Assembly: GCA_040006935.1 (NCBI GenBank)
Contig: JBDTVZ010000001.1
Coordinates: forward strand, 103,772-167,771
Reading direction: 5' to 3'
Source: Candidatus Dojkabacteria bacterium
GTDB lineage: Bacteria; Patescibacteriota; Dojkabacteria; J137
Length of the DNA: 64,000 nucleotides
Part shown: positions 33,878 to 42,984 of the stretch, one piece after another
Layout: the number at the start of each line of letters is the position of its first letter
Position numbering within the stretch: the first letter of the stretch is position 1
The notes under the pieces: generated by a model
What the model saw: the letters and a program-made list of their open reading frames with translations, nothing else
What the model was told of the DNA's origin: nothing
The model's database searches: none
Program-made: the position numbers and the translations under genes

Positions 33878-36328
33878 ATGAAGTACGACCCAAAGACTTT
33901 TGAAAATAAATGGAAAGAGAAATGGTTAAACGATAAACTCTATAAAGCAAATTTTGAAGATACTAAAAGTGATAAATTTTATTCACTTTATTCTTATCCT
34001 TACCCATCAGGAGCTGGTTTACATGTTGGACATTCCGAAGGAATGGTAGCCAATGACATAATGGCCAGATACTGGAGGATGAAAGGAAGGAATGTGATTT
34101 ACCCAATGGGTTGGGACTCTTTTGGACTTCCTGCAGAAAACTATGCAATTAAAACTGGAGTACCTCCACAAAAGACGACTGACGATGCAGTTGTAACTTT
34201 TAAAGAACAAATTAATAATTTAGGAATTTCTATAGATTGGGATACAGAAGTAGGAGCTCACTGGCCAGAATATTACAAATGGACGCAATGGATTTTTGTT
34301 CAATTGTTTAAAAAAGGGTTGGCTTATAAAAAGAAAGCATCTGTAAATTGGTGTCCTAAAGACCAAACAGTTTTAGCCAATGAACAAGTTATAAATGGTA
34401 AATGCGAAAGATGTGATACCGAAGTTGTCCAAAAAGATTTAGAACAATGGTTTTTTAAAATCACAGATTACGCTGATAGGTTAGATAAAGACTTAGACAA
34501 AGTAGATTGGCCAGATAGTACAAAAGCGACTCAAAGGAATTGGATAGGAAAGAAAACTGGTATTAATATAGATTATAAAATTGAAAATACAAACAAAATT
34601 CTTACATGTTTTACTACAAGGCCTGATACTAACTTCGGAGTTACATTCATAGCAGTAGCTCCAGACTCACAATTTGTAAAAGATAATATTCAAATATTTC
34701 CTAACAAAGAAGAATCTCAAAAGTATATTGACGAAACATCAAAGAAGACAGAGTTAGAGCGTTTACAAGAAGGAAAGAAAAAAACTGGTGCATTTACTGG
34801 CTTATATGCAATTAATAATTTAAATAATAAAAAAATACCTGTTTATTTATCTGATTTTGTATTAGCAAATTTTGGTACAGGTGCTTTAGTTGGAGTTCCT
34901 GGTCATGATCTTAGAGATTTTCAATTTGCAAAAACAATGGGAATTGAAATAATTAGAGTTGTAAAAGGTGCGGATGGTGATGAAAGTGAAATTACTGAAG
35001 AATCTCAAGTTCAAGAAGAACAAGGTGCAATGATCAATAGTGATTTCTTAAATGGAATGAATATCCATGAAGCAACAAAAAAAATAATGGACTATATTGA
35101 AGAAAAAGGTTGGGGAAAGAAAGTTGTAAATTTCCGAATCCGAGACTGGTTAGTTTCCAGACAAAGGTATTGGGGTTGTCCAATTCCAATAGTTTACGAT
35201 CCAGAAGGAAACCCTCATGCAGTTGAGGAATCTGATTTGCCAATATTATTACCAACTGATGTAGACTTTAGACCAACTGGAGAATCTCCAATTGCCAGAT
35301 CAGAAGAATATAAAAAACGAGCGGAAGAAAAATATGGAAAAGGTTGGCACTACGAAGCAGATACAATGGATACATTTGTAGATTCAAGTTGGTATTTTTT
35401 CCGACACATCGATGCTAATGATAGCGAAAAGGCTTTCGATTCAGCAAAAGCTGATTACTGGCTTCCAACAGATTTATACATGATTGGTGCAGAGCATATT
35501 GTATTACATTTACTTTACTCAAGATTCTTTACAAAATTCTTTTTTGACGAAGGAATTGTTAACTTTAACGAGCCATTCTATAAAATGAGACACATGGGAA
35601 TTATTTCCGGACCTGATGGAAGAAAAATGAGTAAAAGATGGGGAAATGTAATTAATCCAAACGATGAAATTGCAAAATACAGTGCCGACACAGTCAGAAT
35701 GTACGAAATGTTTATGGGACCATTAGCAGATCCAAAACCTTGGAACGATAGATCAGAAAATGGAGTATTTAGATTTCTAAATAAGGTTTGGGATTTATCA
35801 AATAAGATCTCCTCCACTGAGGGAGGTGGTACGCCTCGCCTGCCATCAGGCATGGACGACCCGAAGTTGTTAGATCAATTAAGACTTGTTCATAAATTAA
35901 TTCAGAAAATCTCTGAAGATACAGAAATTTTAAGCTTCAATACAGCAATTGCAAAGTATATGGAATTTATTAACGCAATTTCTGCATTTGAAAAAATTGA
36001 TAAGACAGTTTGGGAAACATTCTTAAAAGTATTAGCTCCATATGCACCATTCATAACAGAAGAACTTTGGGGAAAATTAGGAAATGGTTATTCAATCCAT
36101 ACTCAAAAATGGCCAGAATTCGATCCGGAATTAATTAAGGACGAAGTTATTACAATGGCTGTACAAATTAACGGAAAAGTTAGAGGAACTATTCAAATCA
36201 ATCCCGAAGCAGAAGAAAGAGATGCTATGGATAAAGCAAAAGCAGATGAGAAGATAAATAAATACATAACCAGTGATGTAAGGAAAGTAATCTATATAAA
36301 AGGAAAGATTTTGAATATCATTATCTAA
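33878..36328 (+). CDS. leuS: leucine--tRNA ligase
   Basis: 816 aa. HVGH (PYPSGAGLHVGH) and KMSKR (KMSKRWGN) class I motifs, plus the LeuRS editing domain. Confidence 0.95.
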   Translation: MKYDPKTFENKWKEKWLNDKLYKANFEDTKSDKFYSLYSYPYPSGAGLHVGHSEGMVANDIMARYWRMKGRNVIYPMGWDSFGLPAENYAIKTGVPPQKTTDDAVVTFKEQINNLGISIDWDTEVGAHWPEYYKWTQWIFVQLFKKGLAYKKKASVNWCPKDQTVLANEQVINGKCERCDTEVVQKDLEQWFFKITDYADRLDKDLDKVDWPDSTKATQRNWIGKKTGINIDYKIENTNKILTCFTTRPDTNFGVTFIAVAPDSQFVKDNIQIFPNKEESQKYIDETSKKTELERLQEGKKKTGAFTGLYAINNLNNKKIPVYLSDFVLANFGTGALVGVPGHDLRDFQFAKTMGIEIIRVVKGADGDESEITEESQVQEEQGAMINSDFLNGMNIHEATKKIMDYIEEKGWGKKVVNFRIRDWLVSRQRYWGCPIPIVYDPEGNPHAVEESDLPILLPTDVDFRPTGESPIARSEEYKKRAEEKYGKGWHYEADTMDTFVDSSWYFFRHIDANDSEKAFDSAKADYWLPTDLYMIGAEHIVLHLLYSRFFTKFFFDEGIVNFNEPFYKMRHMGIISGPDGRKMSKRWGNVINPNDEIAKYSADTVRMYEMFMGPLADPKPWNDRSENGVFRFLNKVWDLSNKISSTEGGGTPRLPSGMDDPKLLDQLRLVHKLIQKISEDTEILSFNTAIAKYMEFINAISAFEKIDKTVWETFLKVLAPYAPFITEELWGKLGNGYSIHTQKWPEFDPELIKDEVITMAVQINGKVRGTIQINPEAEERDAMDKAKADEKINKYITSDVRKVIYIKGKILNIII

Positions 36329-37032
36329 TGTTTTATCAAAAGAATACTCACTCAAAAGAAACAGATCCTATAGATAACGGTATCCTGGAAACGAGAGGAT
36401 CCCTTTACAGAACAATACAAGAACTAGGTTTTAATAATTTAGAAGATCTGCTTAATTTTATTGAGGGTGGTAATGTTTTAAATTTAGGTTCAGGAGGAGG
36501 AGGTTTTGGAGTAGACTTTGAAGTTCTCAAAAAAATTAGAGAACAGCAATTAGGTATTATCTACTCAATAAATCCCAGACATGGTTTACACTCTCAGGAG
36601 CAATTAGACTATTTCTTCGATTTAAGTTCACTAAAGAAACATTACACTAAAGAGATTGCTCACTTGGCAGATGCAGACCTGAATGAAATTCATACTGAAG
36701 CAAATGAAATAAATATAACTAGAACTTCTGCAGAAAGTTGGGAACACCTATCTTTCCCAGATGAATTTTTCGATAAAATAATCGCTACAGGATCATATAT
36801 TTATTACCCTGCAACATTTACAGAATCATCATTTTTAGAAATTTGCAGAGTATTAAAGAAAGGCGGTGAGATGAGAATTGGTTTAGATAGTTTCAATTTA
36901 AATATGAAATTAATAAATTCAATAATAGATAGGATTAAAGAATTAGATTTAAACATTCAGGTAGAATTATTAACATCAAAAGATATACATAATCTTGATG
37001 TATATTTTTTTAAAATAGTAAAGCTTTCCTAA
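36328..37032 (+). CDS. hypothetical protein (possible SAM-dependent methyltransferase fold)
   Basis: 234 aa. VLNLGSGGGGFGVDFE resembles methyltransferase motif I. Weak. Confidence 0.35.
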   Translation: MFYQKNTHSKETDPIDNGILETRGSLYRTIQELGFNNLEDLLNFIEGGNVLNLGSGGGGFGVDFEVLKKIREQQLGIIYSINPRHGLHSQEQLDYFFDLSSLKKHYTKEIAHLADADLNEIHTEANEINITRTSAESWEHLSFPDEFFDKIIATGSYIYYPATFTESSFLEICRVLKKGGEMRIGLDSFNLNMKLINSIIDRIKELDLNIQVELLTSKDIHNLDVYFFKIVKLS

Positions 37033-37670
37033 TGCAAATCACCTCAATCGAACAAGCAAAAAAGAATATTAACCGAGTGAACCTTTTTCTGGATGGAGAA
37101 TTTTGGGTTGGCTTAGATAAAAATGACCTTTTAGAATTCCAACTTCATAAAAACAAAACTATTTCCGAAGAAGAAAAAAAAGAAATAGAAAAAACTTCAC
37201 AACTAGGAAAAATACGAACTCGAATTCTAAATTACACAATGCTTCGACCTCATTCAAAACGAGAAATTCTAGATCATTTTATTTTAAAGAAAGAGATAGA
37301 TCGACAAGAGATTCAAAGTGTTTTAGATGAACTCGAAGAGAAGAGTTTAATCTCTGACCTTGAGTTTGCAAAATGGTATATGGAAGGAAGATTAGCCTCA
37401 GGAAAGCATGGCGTAAATAAAATTAGAGCAGAATTAATGAAAAAAGGAGTCAGTAGTAAATTTATAGAAATTGCTATTTACGAGAAAACATCAACAGAGG
37501 AATTTGAAGAAAAAAATATAGAACAAATTAAAGAGTACATTCAAAAAGTTTCAAGAAGCATAAAATCTAAGGACGATAGAGAATTTAAGAATAAACTTAT
37601 ACAGAGGCTAATGAGTAGAGGATTTAAATACGATGATATTAAGAGTGCTTTAAAGATTGAAGAAGATTAG
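37032..37670 (+). CDS. recX: recombination regulator RecX
   Basis: 212 aa. VNLFLDGEFWVGLDKNDLLEFQL.KN..IS and LISDLEFAKWYMEGRLASGKHGVNKIRAELMKKGVS follow the RecX three-repeat pattern (cf. B. subtilis RecX). Confidence 0.75.
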   Translation: MQITSIEQAKKNINRVNLFLDGEFWVGLDKNDLLEFQLHKNKTISEEEKKEIEKTSQLGKIRTRILNYTMLRPHSKREILDHFILKKEIDRQEIQSVLDELEEKSLISDLEFAKWYMEGRLASGKHGVNKIRAELMKKGVSSKFIEIAIYEKTSTEEFEEKNIEQIKEYIQKVSRSIKSKDDREFKNKLIQRLMSRGFKYDDIKSALKIEED

Positions 37671-37712
37671 TGTACACCTAAGTTCACTATTTATTATAAT
37701 TTTTATGAATAT

Positions 37713-38315
37713 TTGATGAAATTAAGTAAATGGATAGGAGTTTTTTCCCTTATGATTTTCTTACTCATTTGTACGTGCTCTTTTTGCTTTGTGTCTTTAA
37801 AAATCTTCGATAAAGATTACTATAATATTGGAGCAATAAATTTTCAGAGTTTAGATCAATCTCATTATAATAAATACCTACAGGAACTTAATGTAAATAT
37901 TACGAATAACTACAACTTAACAATCAATAATAACTCCTATCCTAGAAAATTAACTATTGAAAATAATGTAACTAAAAAAGTTTCAGTTATATTTGGTTCT
38001 TTTGATTCAACCTTAGACTCTTACTCAATTATCAATTCAAGATTATCAAGTTTTCTAGTTTATAAATATACCATTCCCAGTGGAAACGCATATACCTACG
38101 ATGGATATTTAGTTTATAAACTAGGACAAGATAAATCCGCTGAACTATCTATCCCAATTCGATCTTGCTATCTACCTCATTTGGACGGAAATAAAATTAA
38201 TTTTTATTCTCTAAAGGATTCTGGCGTGGAATTTGTTGCTGCACCATCATGTTATCCTGAACTTTTTATGATAAAACCAGATCCAGGAGAAGTATTGAAA
38301 ATTGAATTAAAATAA
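37713..38315 (+). CDS. hypothetical secreted or signal-anchored protein
   Basis: 200 aa with an N-terminal hydrophobic segment and an Asn-rich region. Confidence 0.4.
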   Translation: MMKLSKWIGVFSLMIFLLICTCSFCFVSLKIFDKDYYNIGAINFQSLDQSHYNKYLQELNVNITNNYNLTINNNSYPRKLTIENNVTKKVSVIFGSFDSTLDSYSIINSRLSSFLVYKYTIPSGNAYTYDGYLVYKLGQDKSAELSIPIRSCYLPHLDGNKINFYSLKDSGVEFVAAPSCYPELFMIKPDPGEVLKIELK

Positions 38316-38321
38316 TAAAAT

Positions 38322-38864
38322 TTATCGAACAGAGCTTAGCAACGACACTATTGAAACGGAAAAAATTCCACAACACAGTATTAGAAACAATGGAGCAATA
38401 GTAACAAACAAAAGGACTATGATTGCAAACCCAATTCCTCTATAGGTATTATCTTCTAATTTCTCATGGACAATTAAACCTTCTTCACCTTTAATTTCTC
38501 TTGGTTTTAACGATTTAGCTTCCTTATTCTCTATTGCAATAGAATTTAATTTATTTGCCCAATTGCTAACAGCAAATACATTCTTAAAGTAACCAGATAC
38601 AGGTACAAAATTAAAGGACTTTACAGAACCATCATTAGACTTATACGATACTTGCACATAATAATAGTCACCGTATCTGGACAATAAACCCCAAAAAATA
38701 TTTCCTACTTCCTTAGCAGAAACTAAATTCTCAAATGGAATTATTACCTCTGGATTACTTGAAACAAAGGCTGTTTTAGGTTTATAAGTAACTTCTTTCT
38801 TGTCCCAATCAATAATAAGATTTCCACCTGTGATCCCTATCATTATCTTTGTTTCTTCCTGCAT
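38322..38864 (-). CDS. hypothetical protein with a C-terminal transmembrane anchor
   Basis: 180-aa ORF. Confidence 0.4.
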   Translation of the reverse strand: MQEETKIMIGITGGNLIIDWDKKEVTYKPKTAFVSSNPEVIIPFENLVSAKEVGNIFWGLLSRYGDYYYVQVSYKSNDGSVKSFNFVPVSGYFKNVFAVSNWANKLNSIAIENKEAKSLKPREIKGEEGLIVHEKLEDNTYRGIGFAIIVLLFVTIAPLFLILCCGIFSVSIVSLLSSVR

Positions 38865-38937
38865 ATTATTAAATTAAGAAAATACTACCCTAATAATAAA
38901 GCTATTTGAAATGTAATTCACTAATAAAAATCATAAA

Positions 38938-38970
38938 AAAGACTTAGATTCCTCAAGTCTTTTTAATGGC
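38938..38970. terminator. bidirectional intrinsic terminator (AAAAAGACTT-AGATTCCTC-AAGTCTTTTT)
   Basis: Hairpin flanked by an A-run and a T-run. It lies immediately 3' of the predicted rnpB on the minus strand. Confidence 0.6.
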
Positions 38971-39366
38971 CCATTCCGTAAGCCGAATTCTGTGTTTAAA
39001 AGAATAATTTCTCTATGCCCACTATGTGGTTGCTCCAGACAGGGGTTACCAGCATCCTAATATTACTATTAGAACCGGTGGTCTCTTACACTTGTCCCGT
39101 CTTGTATTTCTACAATTCAAGACAATTCCCGAAAAACGGGAACACCATTTCACAATTCCTCTTCTTCCCCCTCTCCTGTTAAGGAGAGGGTTGGGGTGAG
39201 GTTTTTCTTTCTGTTGCCCTCTTAGCTACTCGATGAGTTAGCACCCTAAGATTACTCCCAGCCGATCTCCTTTCGGATACGCGGTGTCTTTTTTTGGAGT
39301 CCGGACTTTCCTCTTGTATATATTTCAATATTACAAATATATACAAGCTATTCTTTGGAATGGACC
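38966..39366 (-). ncRNA. rnpB: RNase P RNA (bacterial type A-like)
   Basis: On the minus strand, P1 is formed by GGUCCAUUCC (5') and GGAAUGGGCC (3'). A P3 hairpin is CUUGUAUAUAU...AUAUAUACAAG. The P4 5' strand GGAAAGUCCGGACUCC matches E. coli GGAAAGUCCGGGCUCC at 15 of 16 positions. GGGCAACAGAAAG corresponds to GUGCAACAGAGAG, and GUAAGAGACCACC to GUAAGAGCGCACC. GGUAACCCCUGUCUGGAGCAACCACAUAGUGGG corresponds to GGUAAACUCCACCCGGAGCAAGGCCAAAUAGGGG, and ACAGAAUUCGGCUUAC to ACAGAACCCGGCUUAUC. A TTATAAT -10 box lies upstream and the terminator downstream. Confidence 0.85.
39167..39202. repeat. family B repeat (CCCCTCTCCTGTTAAGGAGAGGGTTGGGGTGAGGT), located within rnpB (P12 region)
   Basis: Perfect hairpin CCTCTCC-TGTTAA-GGAGAGG followed by TTGGGGTGAGGT, preceded by ACAATTCC as in the other copies. 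Confidence 0.7.
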
Positions 39367-39386
39367 AGTGTAATTATAACATGGAA

Positions 39387-39423
39387 GTGTCATTGCGGGC
39401 ACGAAGTGCGAAGTAATGACACA
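39387..39423. repeat. family A hairpin repeat (GTGTCATTGCGGGCACGAAGTGCGAAGTAATGACAC) in the rnpB upstream region
   Basis: Termini GTGTCATTGCG / GTAATGACAC form an imperfect inverted repeat. Confidence 0.6.
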
Positions 39424-39426
39424 ATT

Positions 39427-39460
39427 CCCTCTCCTTTTAAGGAGAGGGTTAAGGTGAGGT
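39427..39460. repeat. family B repeat (CCCTCTCCTTTTAAGGAGAGGGTTAAGGTGAGGT)
   Basis: Near-identical to 39167-39202 and also preceded by ACAATTCC. Confidence 0.7.
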
Positions 39461-39497
39461 CATAGCGCACCGAAAGCACACCTAATTCTGTGCGCTC

Positions 39498-39893
39498 CTA
39501 TTTAATCTCAGGATATTTACCTGGTTGTCTTAGATAAATATCAATTACTGCCTGATTATCAGGATTGACCTCATTAAACTCAACAAACGCTCTTTCTTTA
39601 AAGCCACCAGCCTTTTGTCTTTTTCTTTCCATTTCAGTTTCTAGTTGTTCTCTGGAAATTTCTAATTCTTCTAGTATTGTGTTTATTATTTCTTGAATAT
39701 CAGCCAACTCTCCCAGAATTTCTTCAGATGATGCAACTCTAAGTTCACTTGCTTCTTCTAGAAGTTTTCTTATTAGTTCTACTATAAATTCCTTAGAATC
39801 TAATTTATGCCATGTTGTCTTCTGACCTGGGTCATTCTGCATTGCTTTAATTATGTTATCTCTAACCAATTTTTTAAATTCAAATTTTCTCAT
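39498..39893 (-). CDS. MazG-like nucleotide pyrophosphohydrolase domain protein
   Basis: 131 aa. KLVRDNI...EEASEL...ELADIQEII are all-alpha NTP-PPase (MazG/PRA-PH-like) motifs. Confidence 0.55.
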   Translation of the reverse strand: MRKFEFKKLVRDNIIKAMQNDPGQKTTWHKLDSKEFIVELIRKLLEEASELRVASSEEILGELADIQEIINTILEELEISREQLETEMERKRQKAGGFKERAFVEFNEVNPDNQAVIDIYLRQPGKYPEIK

Positions 39894-40012
39894 TCTTAAT
39901 TAGTCTAAAAAATAAATTAGCTTGAAGAATACAAAGTTAGTGCCAACTAGGTGCGAATCTACATCTCCTCACAAAGGTTCATCTCGTAACTTTGTGCGCT
40001 CCAGAAATTTAC

Positions 40013-40402
40013 TTAAGGAACTTTAATTCCTAATAAAGCGACCATTAATACCAAGAAACCAAACCCACAAAGAAAACAACCAGTTAAAATTAGCATTGCA
40101 TACCTCAATGTCAAGAAAGTTTTAAAAATATCCTGACCATGTTTTAATGTTTCTTCATCTAGCCAAAATTTTCCTTCTTTAGTTTCTTTTATACATTCTA
40201 ATTTTCTATAATACCTATCGACATAGAGATTATATTCTTCATCAGTTAATGTAATTGCTTTCTCTTCTGAGGTTGCCACTTTATCTCTAAAAAATTGAAT
40301 GGATCTTTTATCTTTAGTATAATTTGGATATACAAAGTCTATTGGTGCTTCAATTTTAGCCATTCCAAATATACTTTTTGGAGTTCCTCTTGTTTCTGCC
40401 AT
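40013..40402 (-). CDS. hypothetical protein with a C-terminal transmembrane anchor
   Basis: 129-aa ORF. Confidence 0.4.
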   Translation of the reverse strand: MAETRGTPKSIFGMAKIEAPIDFVYPNYTKDKRSIQFFRDKVATSEEKAITLTDEEYNLYVDRYYRKLECIKETKEGKFWLDEETLKHGQDIFKTFLTLRYAMLILTGCFLCGFGFLVLMVALLGIKVP

Positions 40403-40406
40403 AAAA

Positions 40407-42056
40407 TTATTTAAAAGATTTATTAAGATATTCTACAAGATCGGAGATTTTAATTCTATCTTGTTGCATTGTATCTCTATCTCGAATTGTTACTGCCTGA
40501 TCGTTTAAGGTTTCAAAATCAATTGTTACACAGTAAGGTGTTCCTACTTCATCTTGTCTTCTGTATCTTTTCCCAATTGAAGCAGTTTCATCATATTGAG
40601 TCATGTATTGTGATTTAATCATATCTTGAACTTCTAGAGCTTTTTGTTGTAATTCTGGTTTTTTAGATAAAGGTAATATTGCAACTTTGATTGGTGCTAA
40701 GGATTTTTTAAGCTTTAGTACAACTCTAGAATCTTTTTCTCCTTTGGAATTTGTTAATTCTTCTTTTGTATATGCATCTTCGAGAACCATCATTAGAATT
40801 CTATTCAACCCAACAGAGGTTTCCATAATATGAGGAACTAATCTTTCTCCAGTTTCCTGGTCAAAGTAATCTAGCTTTTCTCCAGAGAATTTTGAGTGTT
40901 GAGTTAAATCGTAATCTCCTCGATCGTGAAGTCCTTCTAATTCCTTAAATCCTCCTAAAGTTTCGTAATTATATTCAATATCAAAGGCTTGAGATGCATA
41001 GAATACTAATTTTTCGTGTTTTTTGAACCTTAATTTGTCTGGGTTAATTCCAAGTTCCTCTACATGCCATTTCATTCTAGTTTCTTTCCACATTTCAAAT
41101 AAATTTTGTTTATCTGCAGGTTTGTGAAAGTATTGCATTTCCATTTGTTCAAATTCTCTTGTTCTAAATACAAATTGACGAGCGATTATTTCGTTTCTAA
41201 ACGCTTTTCCAACTTGTGCAATTCCGAATGGTAACTTAGGCCTTAAAGTATCTCTATAATTTTTATATTCTAAATAAATTCCTTGGCAAGTTTCTCCTCT
41301 TAAATATGTAACGTTTTCTTCCGAAAAACTTGAATCTGTTGTTCCCATGTTTGATTTAACAAGAAGATTAAATGCTCTAGGTTCTGTTAAATCATTTCCT
41401 TGAGGAGACTTAATATGCAAAATTTTAATTACTTGTTCTAATTCTTTTGCCGAAGCTTTATCAAGATCAACTAATTTATTATTTGAAACTTGATTATAAA
41501 TTCTAGCGACCATCACAGGCAAAACATATTCTAAAGCATCAAGATCTTTTGTTTCCGCTTTGAAATCCTCAATGGTTAGTTCGCCACCTTGACCTTTCCT
41601 AATTAAGAAGATTGGCTCCGACCCATTAGGCCCATTATGCGATACCCATCTATTATCTAGTACTTTATATTCTTCTTGATTAACATATTCTATGAGATGT
41701 TTGACTAATGTATCGAATTCTATTTTCTCACACGCTTCTTCAACTAAATGATCAGCTCTGTATCTTGTATGTGTTTTTTTATCTTCTACTAGAACATCAT
41801 CAAATCCTCCTACGTGTCCGGATGCAACCCAAGTTTTTGGATGCATAAATATTCCAGAATCAAGCATTAAAATATCGTTTCTTTCCTGAACCATAGATTT
41901 TTCCCATGCTCTTTGGATATTATTTTTTAATAAAATTCCGTAATGTCCGTAATCGTAAACTGCAGCAAATCCTCCATAAATTTCGGAAGATGGATAAATG
42001 AATCCATTTTCTTTTGCCCAGGATTTGAACTCGTCTAGTGTTTTAAGTTTTTCCAT
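40407..42056 (-). CDS. glyQS: glycine--tRNA ligase (alpha2 homodimeric type)
   Basis: 549 aa. SSEIYGGFAAVYDYGHYGILLKNNIQRAW matches the alpha2 GlyRS N-terminus. Class II motifs and a C-terminal anticodon-binding domain are present. Confidence 0.9.
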   Translation of the reverse strand: MEKLKTLDEFKSWAKENGFIYPSSEIYGGFAAVYDYGHYGILLKNNIQRAWEKSMVQERNDILMLDSGIFMHPKTWVASGHVGGFDDVLVEDKKTHTRYRADHLVEEACEKIEFDTLVKHLIEYVNQEEYKVLDNRWVSHNGPNGSEPIFLIRKGQGGELTIEDFKAETKDLDALEYVLPVMVARIYNQVSNNKLVDLDKASAKELEQVIKILHIKSPQGNDLTEPRAFNLLVKSNMGTTDSSFSEENVTYLRGETCQGIYLEYKNYRDTLRPKLPFGIAQVGKAFRNEIIARQFVFRTREFEQMEMQYFHKPADKQNLFEMWKETRMKWHVEELGINPDKLRFKKHEKLVFYASQAFDIEYNYETLGGFKELEGLHDRGDYDLTQHSKFSGEKLDYFDQETGERLVPHIMETSVGLNRILMMVLEDAYTKEELTNSKGEKDSRVVLKLKKSLAPIKVAILPLSKKPELQQKALEVQDMIKSQYMTQYDETASIGKRYRRQDEVGTPYCVTIDFETLNDQAVTIRDRDTMQQDRIKISDLVEYLNKSFK

Positions 42057-42073
42057 ATTTTTATAATAATAAA

Positions 42074-42502
42074 TTAATAGTTAATTCCCTCCTTTATTAA
42101 AGGAGGGGTAGGGGAGGATTTAGAGCCAATCTCCTGTTTTCTGATTTCAAATTCTTTCAGCAATTTCTCTTTTATTAGTTCGATGTTACCTGTTAACTCA
42201 TGATTCCAGAACCTGATTAGCTTAATCCCTACTGATTCTAAGACAATAGTTCTATAATTATCATACTCTTCCTTTCCTTCATGAGACTCTCCATCAAGTT
42301 CTATTCCCAAAAGCAACTTATCACAATAAAAATCTAATATAAAATTATCTATTGGTTTTTGCCTCAGCCATCTATAACCTAATTTATCTCTACGTAAAAC
42401 ATAATTCCATAGTACTTGCTCTGCTTTTGTAGGTAATGATCTATTCTGCCTTGCAAAAGTTTTCAATTTCTTATCGTATGGTTTGTGATATCTATTGTTC
42501 AT
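42074..42502 (-). CDS. DUF559 (Vsr/YcjD-like) endonuclease-domain protein
   Basis: 142 aa. LPTKAEQVLWNYVLRRDKLGYRWLRQKPIDNFILDFYCDKLLLGIELDGESH...LIRFWNHEL closely matches E. coli YcjD and DUF559. The C-terminal tail is encoded by a family B repeat. Confidence 0.8.
   Translation of the reverse strand: MNNRYHKPYDKKLKTFARQNRSLPTKAEQVLWNYVLRRDKLGYRWLRQKPIDNFILDFYCDKLLLGIELDGESHEGKEEYDNYRTIVLESVGIKLIRFWNHELTGNIELIKEKLLKEFEIRKQEIGSKSSPTPPLIKEGINY
42083..42119. repeat. family B repeat, plus orientation (AATTCCCTCCTTTATTAAAGGAGGGGTAGGGGAGGAT), overlapping the 3' end of the DUF559 gene
   Basis: Hairpin CCCTCCTTTA / TAAAGGAGGG followed by a G-rich tail. Confidence 0.65.
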
Positions 42503-42507
42503 AAAAA

Positions 42508-42545
42508 ATCCCTCCCTGCCCTCCCTTTTACAAAGGGAGGGATTA
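42508..42545. repeat. family B repeat, minus orientation (revcomp AATCCCTCCCTTTGTAAAAGGGAGGGCAGGGAGGGAT), immediately upstream of the DUF559 start codon
   Basis: Inverted relative to 42083-42119. Together the two copies bracket the gene. Confidence 0.65.
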
Positions 42546-42752
42546 TAAAACTCACTACAATAACAAAAAAAGTCGTCTCAGAATAAAAATTAATTTACTC
42601 TGGGACGACTCTTTTAACAAGCTTGCCGCGGTTCCACCCATTTTTCTCGAATCCGAGACTCTTTATATTAAGTTTTATCAAAAGCATGCCATTGCTTTAC
42701 TACAGAAATTATACAATACCAATTATGGTATTGCAATTTCTGTTAGTTTAGC

Positions 42753-42923
42753 TTACATAGTTGGTGCAGCTGGAGTTGGTTCCATTGGTGCTGGCATTGT
42801 AGTATCCATCTTACATGTGCATCCTTCGCAATTGCATCCTTCAGGTGAATTCATGTGACTGCAAGCAGCACAATTCATATCTGTCGAACATTCTGCGCAT
42901 GAGCAAGTACATCCTCCTTCCAT
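42753..42923 (-). CDS. small Cys-rich metallothionein-like protein (56 aa, below the ORF-track cutoff)
   Basis: Minus-strand ORF MEGGCTCSCAECSTDMNCAACSHMNSPEGCNCEGCTCKMDTTMPAPMEPTPAAPTM. It has 13 Cys arranged as CxC and CxxC pairs, and its codon usage is GC-richer than that of its neighbours. Confidence 0.45.
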   Translation of the reverse strand: MEGGCTCSCAECSTDMNCAACSHMNSPEGCNCEGCTCKMDTTMPAPMEPTPAAPTM

Positions 42924-42984
42924 ATATATAAAATAATAAATATATAATTATATTTAACCACTTTAACTAAATTTTTACAACATA

